A stretch of DNA of 46,078 bases from Candidatus Hydrogenedentota bacterium (lineage in GTDB: Bacteria; Hydrogenedentota; Hydrogenedentia; Hydrogenedentales; CAITNO01). Positions 35,450-44,647 of the stretch are shown in pieces (the stretch's first letter is position 1; every line of letters starts with the position of its first letter). The translations under genes and the position numbers were made by a program. The stretch is from positions 1 through 46,078 of the forward strand of contig SKQZ01000082.1 in assembly GCA_007118765.1 (NCBI GenBank), written 5' to 3'. The notes below the pieces were generated by a model. That model did not search any database and had not been told where the DNA came from. It was given only the letters and a program-made list of their open reading frames with translations.

Positions 35450-36073
35450 TCAGTCCGCTGACAACGCCAGTGCCTTGAAATCGCTGAAACGCATCCAATG
35501 GTCGGCATCCGCCGGGCCATGGTACGTTTGCAGACTGATTTTATTTTCGCTGCCGAGCAGCAATTCGCCTTCATCGGCAACACGGTATTCATCCGCGCCT
35601 TCTTCGCGAAACAGCGCTACATACGCATTGCCGCGCACTTCAAGACGCAAACGCACCGTTTTGGCTTCTGTCGGTTTGCGGCCGGGGATGATAAAGTACT
35701 CGTCGTCAATCAGCTCATGCACCAACTTAAACACCGGCGCATCATCAGCGTACCAGGTCAAACCCGCCTGTTCGTATTGCTCCGTCAGCGGCGCGGTAAA
35801 CGTCACGGTTACTTCAAAGGCGACTCCGGGCGCGTCTGTTTCGGGCGCCGGGAGAAGCAGGGCGTTGCGCACGGTATGGGCATCGCCGGGACGGGCGCGT
35901 ATTTCAAGGGCGCCATCGGCGATGCGCCAGTCCTCCGGTGTCTCTCGCAGCCATGTCCAACCTTCCGCCAGCTCTTCTTCAAACCCATCTGCAAACAATA
36001 CCGGCGCGTCTGCGCCGTGGACGGCCGCGACCAGCAGCCACGACATCACCAACACAACAGCGATCTTTTTCAT
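35450..36073 (-). CDS. Secreted concanavalin-A-like lectin/glucanase-fold protein (DUF1349/LamG-like guess)
   Basis: Signal peptide MKKIAVVLVMSWLLVAAVHG. Strings FADGFEEELAEGWTW...W.I.DGALEI and EQAGL, with a beta-rich pattern. Confidence 0.6.
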   Translation of the reverse strand: MKKIAVVLVMSWLLVAAVHGADAPVLFADGFEEELAEGWTWLRETPEDWRIADGALEIRARPGDAHTVRNALLLPAPETDAPGVAFEVTVTFTAPLTEQYEQAGLTWYADDAPVFKLVHELIDDEYFIIPGRKPTEAKTVRLRLEVRGNAYVALFREEGADEYRVADEGELLLGSENKISLQTYHGPADADHWMRFSDFKALALSAD

Positions 36074-36217
36074 GGCACAACATTCCTCCTGTCCGTGTTA
36101 TCCCGAAAAGCAGTTGAAACACACCAATCATTTGATAAAACCAATGCCCCTCTTTGTTTATTGCGCGAACTGTTGTCGCACATTACCTGTAACTCGTATC
36201 ACGCACACCATAAACCA

Positions 36218-37900
36218 TTAGGCAGGGTCTGCGTCAACGATTTCATAGCGGTAGCCCTGCTCAGTAAGGAACAGCTGTCTCTTCAAACTGAATTCTTGAT
36301 CGCATGTGTCTTTGGACACAATGGAATAAAATTTGGCGATGGCGCCCGGGCTCGCTTTGGGGCGTAGGATGCGGCCCAAACGCTGCGCCTCTTCCTGGCG
36401 TGAACCAAAGGTGCCGCTCACCTGTATGGCCACATTTGCGTCCGGCAGGTCAATGGCAAAGTTGGCGACCTTTGAGACGATCAGCAACTTGATATCGCCT
36501 GTACGAAAAGCGTTATACAGCGCCTCCCGCTTGGTGACGGGGGTCTTTCCCGTGATGATGGGCGCATTAAAATGTTTGGCAATGGTCCGCAACTGATCCA
36601 GATACTGCCCGATAATGAGCACGTTGTCCGTTTTATGCTGTTCCACCAGCGCTTCGCATAACGTAATCTTATGGGAATTGGTGGAGGCGATGCGGTACTT
36701 CTTGCGCTTTTGGGCAACGGCATATTCAAACCGCTGGTCAGCCGGCAGCGGTGCGCGGATTTCGGTGCAGATTGCCTGGGCAATCCAGCCTTGTTTTTCC
36801 AGCACCTTCCACGGCACATCATATTTTTTCGGCCCTATCAAACTGAAGACATCTTCCTCCCGACCGTCTTCGCGGATAAGCGTGGCCGTCAGTCCGAGGC
36901 GGCGTCGGGCTTGTATGCCGGCGGTCGCGCGAAAGACGGGCGCGGGCAGCAAATGCACCTCATCGTACACGATGAGCCCCCATTGGCCCTGGTTAAAGAT
37001 ATCGAAATGGATGAATTCACTGTCCTTGGTTTTTCGATAGGTCAACACCTGGTAGGTGGCGATGGTGACAGGTTTGATAATTTTTGCATCGCCGCTGTAT
37101 TCGCCAATGTCCTCATCGCGCAGCGTTGTCTTGTCGAGCAGTTCGCTTTTCCATTGGCGTAGTGCCACGGTATTGGTTGCCAAAATCAACGTATGGGTGT
37201 TGACGGCGGCAATGGTTCCAATGGCGACGACCGTTTTGCCCGCGCCGCACGGCAATACCACCACGCCGCTGCCGCCGCGGTTGGAGCCGTTCATATAAAA
37301 GGCGTCCACCGATTCGCGCTGATAGGTGCGCAATCCGAAGGGTTGTCCGCCGATTGTCTCGCTGCGCAACTGAACATCCAAGGGCGCGCCGTCCGCATAC
37401 CCGGCGAGATCCTCCACCGGGAACCCCAGTTTTATCAGCGCACACTTTACGTTGCCCCGGTCTTCGGGTTTCACCAGAATGCGATTGCCGGATGCCGTGC
37501 CGCAGGTGTACGGACGGAGCGAACGGTGGCTTAGCAATTCACGGATCAGCATCGGCTCGTCCGACTGCAATGCCAGGCCACCATCGTCGGCGCGGTACAG
37601 TTTTAAGCGGCCGTAACGGGCCACCTGGTCTTGGATGTCGGCCGCAATGTTTTGCGGGATTTCGTATCGGCTATACCGCTCAAGCCCATCAAGAATCTCA
37701 TGGGCGGTCATGCCTGCGGCGGCGGCATTCCACAGGGAAATGGACGTGATGCGGTAGGTGTGGATGTGTTCCGGCGATTTTACAAGCTCGGCAAAGGCGG
37801 CCAGACAGTCCCGCGCATCCTCAAAAGTCGGTCCGTCTGTTTCCAGCAGTATCGTCCGGTCAGACTGCACAATGGCAGGTTTATTGTCGCGGTCAATCAT
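36218..37900 (-). CDS. xpb: XPB/Ssl2(ERCC3)-type SF2 DNA helicase
   Basis: N-terminal damage-recognition-like domain (IVQSDRTILLE...HTYRITSISLWNA). Walker A VLPCGAGKT. DEVH box. XPB-specific RED motif in TATLIREDGRE. Confidence 0.85.
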   Translation of the reverse strand: MIDRDNKPAIVQSDRTILLETDGPTFEDARDCLAAFAELVKSPEHIHTYRITSISLWNAAAAGMTAHEILDGLERYSRYEIPQNIAADIQDQVARYGRLKLYRADDGGLALQSDEPMLIRELLSHRSLRPYTCGTASGNRILVKPEDRGNVKCALIKLGFPVEDLAGYADGAPLDVQLRSETIGGQPFGLRTYQRESVDAFYMNGSNRGGSGVVVLPCGAGKTVVAIGTIAAVNTHTLILATNTVALRQWKSELLDKTTLRDEDIGEYSGDAKIIKPVTIATYQVLTYRKTKDSEFIHFDIFNQGQWGLIVYDEVHLLPAPVFRATAGIQARRRLGLTATLIREDGREEDVFSLIGPKKYDVPWKVLEKQGWIAQAICTEIRAPLPADQRFEYAVAQKRKKYRIASTNSHKITLCEALVEQHKTDNVLIIGQYLDQLRTIAKHFNAPIITGKTPVTKREALYNAFRTGDIKLLIVSKVANFAIDLPDANVAIQVSGTFGSRQEEAQRLGRILRPKASPGAIAKFYSIVSKDTCDQEFSLKRQLFLTEQGYRYEIVDADPA

Positions 37901-37930
37901 GGGATACCCAGCATGTTTTAGCGGCGGCGA

Positions 37931-38962
37931 TTACTCTACATCGCCTGTTGCAGCGTCGTATTGCCATTGTCGGTTGGGCCACGGGTGCGGGGGAATCTCC
38001 TCAAGCAGTCCGACGTCAACAAGCCGTTCCAGGGAAGCGGGCAATGCTCCGTAGCGTTCTTCGTAATACCCGATGTTGGTCAACAAAATGTTTCGGGTTT
38101 GGATCACGTTATCTTCCAAGAGGGTCGTATTATACGTCCTGCCGTCTGCACCGATAAAGAATTCGCCTCCCAGCGGGTCTTCCGGCATGGCGGCGATGAG
38201 ATCGGCGGCGAGCAGATCGTCAAGGGTTTGCGGCTGTTCTCCCGTCCTTGTCACAAACAGGTCAATGCGCTCATCCAGAATACGGCATGCTTTGCGCAAG
38301 TCCATTTCAATGAGCTTTCGCTCCGCCAACTCGCGAATAAACTTGTCGTCGCTGTCCAGCATTTCAACCCACATGTCACGTTCTATTTCGGTAAGTTCAA
38401 ACTCATCCTGAAGTTTGGCCGCCAAATTAACAATGCCGCCCAACGCCTGGCCGGTTGCAACGCTCATATTGAGGTATCGCGCCGCATAATACCGTGCCTC
38501 GGGGTGGTCGCGCTTGTTCAGCAAATAGGTCATGGCTGCTTCGTAGGGTAAGTGCCACGACATGGGGTTTTTCACCATGCCGGCTTCGGCCAGACGCAAA
38601 CTGGCTTCAGGATCGGCGCGCAAGGCAGACAAGAACATGGCGCCGAAACGATAAACATCCACGAAATACGGGTCCAGCCGGGTGGCTGTAAACAACATGT
38701 GCTCCAGCCATGTGAAATGGCGTTGTCCGCGATGCTCCAATGCGGTGTACTGGATACAGTGAAGCCAGAGAAAGTTGGCAACGATTGTATTCAGGCCCGC
38801 AGTGAAGTAGGTCAGCAGTTTTTCGTTGGGCAAGTACAAGATATCGTCCATGCCCTCTTCCGAGCGTCTGTTGTCGGCGCCAATCAAGGCGCCCACCGCC
38901 GCTGCATAACACAGGCACACCACAAGCAGCGCCGCCACGATTCTTCTGTTGCGCGCATTCAT
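37931..38962 (-). CDS. Membrane-anchored TPR-like hypothetical protein with pseudopilin(GspG)-like C-terminal motif
   Basis: An N-terminal TM segment is followed by helical-repeat-like sequence. The C-terminal MPEDPLGGEFFIGADGRTY resembles the DPWG.xY motif of GspG-like proteins. The start overlaps the permease stop (ATGA). Confidence 0.6.
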   Translation of the reverse strand: MNARNRRIVAALLVVCLCYAAAVGALIGADNRRSEEGMDDILYLPNEKLLTYFTAGLNTIVANFLWLHCIQYTALEHRGQRHFTWLEHMLFTATRLDPYFVDVYRFGAMFLSALRADPEASLRLAEAGMVKNPMSWHLPYEAAMTYLLNKRDHPEARYYAARYLNMSVATGQALGGIVNLAAKLQDEFELTEIERDMWVEMLDSDDKFIRELAERKLIEMDLRKACRILDERIDLFVTRTGEQPQTLDDLLAADLIAAMPEDPLGGEFFIGADGRTYNTTLLEDNVIQTRNILLTNIGYYEERYGALPASLERLVDVGLLEEIPPHPWPNRQWQYDAATGDVE

Positions 38963-39723
38963 ACGTCACGTCCTTCAAAGGCCAGACACGCCAGGATTAA
39001 CAACATGGCCGTCCATGCAAGTCCATATACCACGGCATAAGAGACGTATGCTCCCGACACGGCGACATTGTTGGCCGCCTCGGATTGCAGATTAAAGGTG
39101 TTCAGGTTGGGGATGATGTAATAGGCCGTTTCGAGAACCTGTTTGGATACGGTGCCGTCGAACTGAGGCGGCAGATCCTTGAAGACCCCGGTTGCATGGC
39201 CCGCCACGTACAGAGAAAACACAATGATGGCGCCCATGATGGGCGAGACCACAGCAGACAGCAATATGGCGAAACCGGTCACAAGAACCAGTTTGACGAA
39301 AATGAGCAATATGGCCTGAAACCAGACCAGCGTCACGTAACCGCCCATAACGTACAGATAGCCCACCGAAATGACGGTCATCACCAGCAGGGATACGCCG
39401 ATGATGGCGATTAACCCCAGGTACTTGCCGAGTACAAATTCGTAACGATGCAAGGGCTGGGCAAGAATGGTGTACAGCGTTTTCTTGTCTATTTCCTTGT
39501 ATACCAGGCTTGCGCCGACAAAGATGGCGATGAGCGCGCCAAAGACCGACATGGAGGCAAGACAAATGTCCTTGATGATCTTGATGTCCTGCCCGATGCT
39601 GATCCACCCCAGTATTTTGGAGCCCAGGATGGTGCATGCGGCAAAGAACAACAGCACATACAACACCTTGTCGCGAATGGACTCGCGGAACGTGTTTTCC
39701 GCCACAGCAACGATTCTTTTCAT
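38959..39723 (-). CDS. ABC-2 type transporter permease
   Basis: The N-terminus MKRIVAVAENTFRESIRDKVLYVLLFF and six TM segments are typical of the NosY/ABC-2 family. I trimmed the start to ATG 39723 (GGAGGA upstream); the ORF-track extension overlaps the ATPase gene. Confidence 0.8.
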   Translation of the reverse strand: MKRIVAVAENTFRESIRDKVLYVLLFFAACTILGSKILGWISIGQDIKIIKDICLASMSVFGALIAIFVGASLVYKEIDKKTLYTILAQPLHRYEFVLGKYLGLIAIIGVSLLVMTVISVGYLYVMGGYVTLVWFQAILLIFVKLVLVTGFAILLSAVVSPIMGAIIVFSLYVAGHATGVFKDLPPQFDGTVSKQVLETAYYIIPNLNTFNLQSEAANNVAVSGAYVSYAVVYGLAWTAMLLILACLAFEGRDV

Positions 39724-39727
39724 GGGG

Positions 39728-40705
39728 CTATTCCTCCGCCGCCGCAAGCGCCGCGGGTTGTGCTTCTTCCGGCAGGCTAATCTGCGTGCCTTCCTGAATG
39801 CGCGTAAAGAAGTCCTCCAGCGATTCTTGTACCGGATGCAACGATAACAACATGCCGCCGGCGCGACTAATCTCCGTGGCCAACTGATTGGCCGCCTCCG
39901 TGTTTTCCACCACCAGGCGGTGCCCGCCTTCCTTGCGTTCTTCCCGTGCCAGCACGTAATCGCCCAAACCCGCCACGAACTCGGCGGTGAGGCCGGTGGC
40001 GCACACTTCCACCGATTTCGGCACATCGCCCACCAGCGCGGTGATGCGGTCGCAGGCGGCCAGTTTGCCGGACACCAGGATGCCCACCCGCGCACAGATT
40101 TCTTCCACATCGCTGAGTACATGACTGCTGAAGAAGATGGTCTTGCCGCGGTCGCGCATCTTCAAAATCAATTCACGAATCATGCGCCGCCCCAGCGGAT
40201 CCAGCCCGCTCATGGGTTCATCCAATATCAACAACGGCGGATCGCCCACCAGCGCCACGGCAAAGCCCACCCGTTGCCGCATGCCTTTGGAAAAGCCGCG
40301 GATGCGTCTGTCGGCGATATCCCGCAAGTCCAACAGTTCGCTAATCTGTTCCCACGCTTGTTGGCGTTCGGCGACCGTGAGGCCGCGCAAACGCCCGTAA
40401 AACTCAATGGTTTCTTTGGGGGTCAGGTATTCATAGAAATAGGGCTGTTCAGGCATGTAGCCCACCATGCGTCGCGCATCCGGCAGCAGGGTGTCCACGC
40501 CAAAGAGTTGCGCACGACCTGCCGTCGGATGTATCAGGCCGGTCAACAATTTTATGGTGGTGGTTTTGCCTGCGCCGTTGCGGCCAAGAAAACCGAACAC
40601 TTCGTTTTCATCAACCGTCAAATCAAGGTCGCGCAGAGAATGCACCGGGGCCTTGCCCAGTGACTTGTACGTTTTTGAAAGGCCACTTGTCACTATTGCC
40701 GACAT
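39728..40705 (-). CDS. ABC transporter ATP-binding protein
   Basis: Walker A GRNGAGKTTT, signature-like FSKGMRQR and Walker B LLILDEP, with a C-terminal extension. Confidence 0.9.
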   Translation of the reverse strand: MSAIVTSGLSKTYKSLGKAPVHSLRDLDLTVDENEVFGFLGRNGAGKTTTIKLLTGLIHPTAGRAQLFGVDTLLPDARRMVGYMPEQPYFYEYLTPKETIEFYGRLRGLTVAERQQAWEQISELLDLRDIADRRIRGFSKGMRQRVGFAVALVGDPPLLILDEPMSGLDPLGRRMIRELILKMRDRGKTIFFSSHVLSDVEEICARVGILVSGKLAACDRITALVGDVPKSVEVCATGLTAEFVAGLGDYVLAREERKEGGHRLVVENTEAANQLATEISRAGGMLLSLHPVQESLEDFFTRIQEGTQISLPEEAQPAALAAAEE

Positions 40706-40824
40706 ACACTCAATCCCTCAATTATGGCGGCGTATCAGCCGCCGTGCCTCGCATCCAACTATCCATGATAATCGGTTTCCATCGCGCCTTTTGCGCTCGA
40801 ATGGAACTCCCAATTCTATAACGA

Positions 40825-42090
40825 TCAAACAGGTTGTGAATAGATGACACTATTCCCTTCGTAAGGATCAAACAGGGTGATGCCGTCTGCATTGAACAGG
40901 GCTGTTACGGGCGCACCGCGGCCCTGTTCCAGGTAGGCATGGTTGCGCCGGACAACTTCGCGGGCAGCATGAACGATGAGGACGGACAGGCGTCCCTCTG
41001 CTGCGTTGGGATAGGTGTCGGCAATGTCGGCAAGGGCCTTGCCCAAGAACTTCATCTCCGCCACCTTTTCCACGCAAACCACCACGCTGTCCACGCCGTA
41101 GCCACAATAGGCGTGTGAACCGTCTTCGCGACGCACATCACGTGTCATGTGGACATTGGCGGTGCGCATGCCTGTGTCAGTTGAGGCAAAACGCAGGCCG
41201 CGATATTGCGTGTCGGACTCGACCATGCCATTGATGCCAAACAGCCGGCTTTCCTGATTTACGGGCCCCTCAAAGGCATCCGGCAGAATCCAGTTGTTGT
41301 GAAAGTCAATGCTCATGCCGTTGTCAAACTGTACTTTCACTTGTACGGCATCAAAGGCATCCATATTATACTCGGCGCGCAGTTTCTTTTTTTGGCCCAC
41401 CGCATGCAAAGACACGGGTTTGGCCTTAAAATAGGCAATAAAGAGGTCTGTCCAGTGGCAACCTACATAGCTGAAGGGGTCGCTGTTTTCCGCCCATGCG
41501 CGAAAGACCTGGGTGGATACATGCAGCGGTTCTTCAAGCAGCGCAACACCATACAACGGATCGCCGATGCGCTCTATCACCTCGTCCCGGATGCGCAGGT
41601 GATCGGGATCATACCGTTTGTGCATATCCACGCCAACCAGACGCTCCGCCTGTTGCGCCGCCGCAACGATGGCGTCGGCCTCGTCGGCATCCAACGCCAT
41701 GGGCTTTTCCGTGATGACATGGACACCCGCTTCCAGTGCGGCCAGAATGGGCGCGGTATGCAGGTGATCGGGCGTTGCCACGGCCAGAATATCCAAGTCC
41801 GGGAAATCCCGCAGGATGTCCAGCCATGGGGTTTCCCCGTGATACACGGCGAAATCCATGCCTAGTTCGCCAAACGCTTCCAAGCGCTTGCGACAGGTAG
41901 CCTCCGTGCGTGTGCCCAACGCCACAAATTCGATGTCTATGTCGCCAAGCCGCCGGGCCATGATATCCAGCCCCAAACGGCCCAGCCAAGGCGCAAGGCC
42001 GCTTTTTTCGAGTTGACAGTACGTGCGTAAATGAACGTCGCCACCGAACATACCGGCCCCCACCAGCGCTATTTTAAGTGTTTTGATCAT
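40825..42090 (-). CDS. Gfo/Idh/MocA family NAD(P)-dependent oxidoreductase
   Basis: Rossmann N-terminus KIALVGAGMFGG, plus VATPDHLH and EKPMA motifs. Confidence 0.9.
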   Translation of the reverse strand: MIKTLKIALVGAGMFGGDVHLRTYCQLEKSGLAPWLGRLGLDIMARRLGDIDIEFVALGTRTEATCRKRLEAFGELGMDFAVYHGETPWLDILRDFPDLDILAVATPDHLHTAPILAALEAGVHVITEKPMALDADEADAIVAAAQQAERLVGVDMHKRYDPDHLRIRDEVIERIGDPLYGVALLEEPLHVSTQVFRAWAENSDPFSYVGCHWTDLFIAYFKAKPVSLHAVGQKKKLRAEYNMDAFDAVQVKVQFDNGMSIDFHNNWILPDAFEGPVNQESRLFGINGMVESDTQYRGLRFASTDTGMRTANVHMTRDVRREDGSHAYCGYGVDSVVVCVEKVAEMKFLGKALADIADTYPNAAEGRLSVLIVHAAREVVRRNHAYLEQGRGAPVTALFNADGITLFDPYEGNSVIYSQPV

Positions 42091-42218
42091 ACGATAGACA
42101 ACTCCTTTCTATGTCATGAATACCATTTGACCATGATGTGAATGCCCATATCAAGCCGGAGGCAGGGGCACAGGGCATAATTCGGGAAAAAACGCCGAAT
42201 TCGGGCAAGGAAAAACTC

Positions 42219-42247
42219 TTGACATTTGACACGAAAGAGCGTACAAT
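42219..42247 (+). promoter_or_regulatory. Near-consensus sigma70 promoter TTGACA-17-TACAAT
   Basis: TTGACA at 42219-42224, an exactly 17-nt spacer, and TACAAT at 42242-42247. It sits in an AT-rich gap. A direct repeat (G)AATTCGGG x2 lies just upstream (about 42179-42207). Confidence 0.55.
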
Positions 42248-42303
42248 ACACAGTATAGACTTGGGCTGAAATTCACGAACAGACGACGTGTATCTTTACA
42301 AGG

Positions 42304-42870
42304 ATGGCGCGACAAAGAAAGATCCGAGCCCCCTGTACGGACGGCCTTGGTGGTGTTGATGGGTATTTATTGATGAGAGAGAATCGGTAAATGGGAAATC
42401 GGGTTGACGACGGTAAAACCGCCCAACAAAAAACACGACGAATAAAACGTCGCGGCGGCCATGGAAACAAGGTGAAGCGTGGCCAGCTGACATCTGTGCA
42501 ACAGGGGCGGTATGGCACGGGCCCGGCGCCCTACGGGTACCGTCGCAACAACGATGAGAACAAGCCGCTGGTCATCAATGACCGTGAAGCGGAAGTGGTG
42601 CGCATGATTTTTCGTGAATATGTTCGTACCAAGAGCACGGGAAAAGTCGTGGACTTTCTGCATGGCAAAAAGATATTCACGCGCAAGGGGAACAAATGGT
42701 CGCGTCAGGCAATAGCCATTATTCTTGCCAATCGCACCTATCGCGGGCGCGTGACCTATGGCGATATCGAGACTGACGGGCTGCATGAGCCCATCATCGA
42801 ACCCGCCTTGTTTTACAGGGCCACCGCCATTCGCGAAGAAAACAGTCGCCATTTGCAAAACAAGCCATAG
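42304..42870 (+). pseudogene. Relic of a large serine recombinase: only the central 'Recombinase' domain survives; in-frame TAA at 42388-42390
   Basis: The 42391-42870 product contains GPAPYGYRR...LVINDREAEVVRMIFREYV...GKVVDFL...RKGNKWSRQAIAIILANRTYRG, which is the recombinase-domain pattern. No resolvase catalytic Ser domain and no zinc-ribbon/coiled-coil region. The upstream 28-codon ORF (MARQRKIRA...) is in the same frame, separated by one stop. Both candidate starts have poor SD sequences. Confidence 0.6.
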
Positions 42871-42893
42871 CGCCGGGTCAACAAGGAGATTCA

Positions 42894-43439
42894 ATGCTGC
42901 GCAAAGAAGACGCCGTCATGGTTGTGGTGGACATTCAGGATGTCTTGTTGCCGAAGGACGAAAAGGTTGTTGCGGCATACCTGCAACAGGCGGAACGCAT
43001 GATACGGGTGGTGCGGGCGCTGGACATCCCCATTCTGGTTACCGAACAGTACCCTGAGCGGTTGGGCACGACCAACGAAGGCATTCGCGCCGCACTGGGC
43101 GATGTTCCGGCCCTGCCGAAGATGGCGTTCGGATGCCTTGGCGATGATGCGTTCAAGGAGGCGCTGGCCGCCACCGGACGCCGCCAGTTGCTCGTGGTTG
43201 GCATGGAGGCGCACGTATGCGTCCTGCAAACGGTACTGGAGGCGCTTGCCGCGGATTATGAAGTCTTCCTGGTTGCAGACGCCATAGTATCGTCACGCAA
43301 GCGCGAATACAAAGCGGGCATGGCACGCATGACACAGGCGGGCGCACAGAGCGTGACCGCCGAAATGGCCATATTCGAACTGTTGCGCAAAGCGGGCACG
43401 CCGGAATTCAAACAAGTGCTGCCCCTGATAAAAGGATAG
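42894..43439 (+). CDS. Isochorismatase-family cysteine hydrolase
   Basis: MVVVDIQDVLLP and LLVVGMEAHVCVLQTVLEAL (catalytic Cys context). AAGGAG SD upstream. Confidence 0.85.
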   Translation: MLRKEDAVMVVVDIQDVLLPKDEKVVAAYLQQAERMIRVVRALDIPILVTEQYPERLGTTNEGIRAALGDVPALPKMAFGCLGDDAFKEALAATGRRQLLVVGMEAHVCVLQTVLEALAADYEVFLVADAIVSSRKREYKAGMARMTQAGAQSVTAEMAIFELLRKAGTPEFKQVLPLIKG

Positions 43440-43470
43440 GCGGCCGGTTCCCCCTTTTTTGCGTTGCATG

Positions 43471-43479
43471 TGCTATAAT
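43471..43479 (+). promoter_or_regulatory. Extended -10 element TGcTATAAT
   Basis: Read directly from the sequence. It lies 63 nt upstream of the 43-codon ORF. No good -35 hexamer. Confidence 0.35.
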
Positions 43480-43541
43480 TCCAGTAGTGTTAGGGAAGAT
43501 GTCATGTGTGCAGCATACGGCAAAGTAAGGATAGGCAGGCA

Positions 43542-43673
43542 ATGGCCAAAAAAACAATAAAGCGGATACCCGCCCCGGCGCAGGATATACTGACCGTACT
43601 TGATGTTATTCTGCAAATGATTAACGTTATCGAAGCCATTCACCGGCTCATCACCAACGTTTTTGGTGTATAG
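43542..43673 (+). CDS. Unannotated 43-codon ORF (MAKKTIKRIPAPAQDILTVLDVILQMINVIEAIHRLITNVFGV)
   Basis: It falls below the ORF-track length cutoff. AAGGA lies about 12 nt upstream. It has a basic N-terminus and a hydrophobic/amphipathic C-terminus. The local composition is AT-rich with rare ATA codons. Confidence 0.3.
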   Translation: MAKKTIKRIPAPAQDILTVLDVILQMINVIEAIHRLITNVFGV

Positions 43674-43735
43674 GTCGCCAGCTTCTCGTTGCGAGACTTG
43701 TACGGATGGCGGAATGGGTTTGCACTCTGCGTGCG

Positions 43736-44647
43736 CTAAATGGGCAGTTTGAAATGCACCTTTTCTTGCGCCAGTGTGTGTTCGGCGAGTGTGCAGTCGT
43801 ATCTGGCGCGGATATGGCGAATTACGGCGTCCACCAAGTGTTCGGGCACCGATGCGCCGGAACTTAACAGCAATACCGATACGTCCTTCAGCCACGAATC
43901 GTCTATTGCGTCCGCGTCCGGGATAAGATGGGCGGGCTTGCCCATGTTGCGGGCAATGTCTCTCAGCCGCCGCGAGTTGGCGCTTTCCGGATCACCCACC
44001 ACCAACACCAAATCCGCTTGATGGGCCAGTGCCATCACCGCTTTCTGGCGGTTGCTGGTGGCATAACATATATCCGGCTTTGAGGGCGCGATGATGGTGG
44101 GAAAGCGTTTGCCCAGCGCCGCGATGATATCCTGATAGTCGGACAGGCTCAAAGTGGTTTGTGTGATATACACCACTTTGGTGGGATCGGCAACCGATAC
44201 TGTCCAGACGTCCTCCTCGGTCCGAATCACCTGTATGTTATCCGGCGCCCACCCGATGGCGCCCAGGGTTTCGTCGTGCCCGGCATCGCCAATATACAAA
44301 ATTGCATAGCCCGCGGCGGCGAAGCGGCGTATCTCGTTGTGCACTTTTTCCACCAAAGGACAGGTGGCGTCAATGATTTGCAGTTGCCGTGCCCGTGCAA
44401 GACGCCATTGTTCCGGCCCCACGCCGTGGGCGCTGAACAACAGCGGCGCCTGTTCGGGAACATCATCAAGGTGTTGCACGAAGACGGCGCCCTTGGCGCG
44501 CAAGTGTGCCACCACGTGGGCGTTGTGGACGATATGCTTCAATACATACACCGGCGCCCCGTATTGTTCAAGGGCTTTTTCAACGCTTCTAATCGCTCTG
44601 TCTACGCCCGCACAGAAGCCGCGTGGTTTTGCCAATATGATGTGCAT
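43736..44647 (-). CDS. ispH: 4-hydroxy-3-methylbut-2-enyl diphosphate reductase
   Basis: MHIILAKPRGFCAGVDRAI, HNAHVV, SAHGV and ATCPLV are classic IspH strings. I trimmed the start to ATG 44647. Confidence 0.9.
   Translation of the reverse strand: MHIILAKPRGFCAGVDRAIRSVEKALEQYGAPVYVLKHIVHNAHVVAHLRAKGAVFVQHLDDVPEQAPLLFSAHGVGPEQWRLARARQLQIIDATCPLVEKVHNEIRRFAAAGYAILYIGDAGHDETLGAIGWAPDNIQVIRTEEDVWTVSVADPTKVVYITQTTLSLSDYQDIIAALGKRFPTIIAPSKPDICYATSNRQKAVMALAHQADLVLVVGDPESANSRRLRDIARNMGKPAHLIPDADAIDDSWLKDVSVLLLSSGASVPEHLVDAVIRHIRARYDCTLAEHTLAQEKVHFKLPI

Noticed and set aside
42091-43735. Intact integrated mobile element or prophage around the recombinase fragment
   Set aside because: There is no catalytic recombinase domain and no tRNA target. 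By eye, the flanking direct repeats are no longer than 8 nt. No phage or transfer genes are present. At most this is an eroded remnant.
43473-43895. 140-aa minus-strand ORF
   Set aside because: Its 5' part overlaps the 3' end of ispH out of frame, and the rest is Arg-rich. The plus-strand 43-codon ORF with promoter and SD explains the gap better, though that ORF is itself uncertain.
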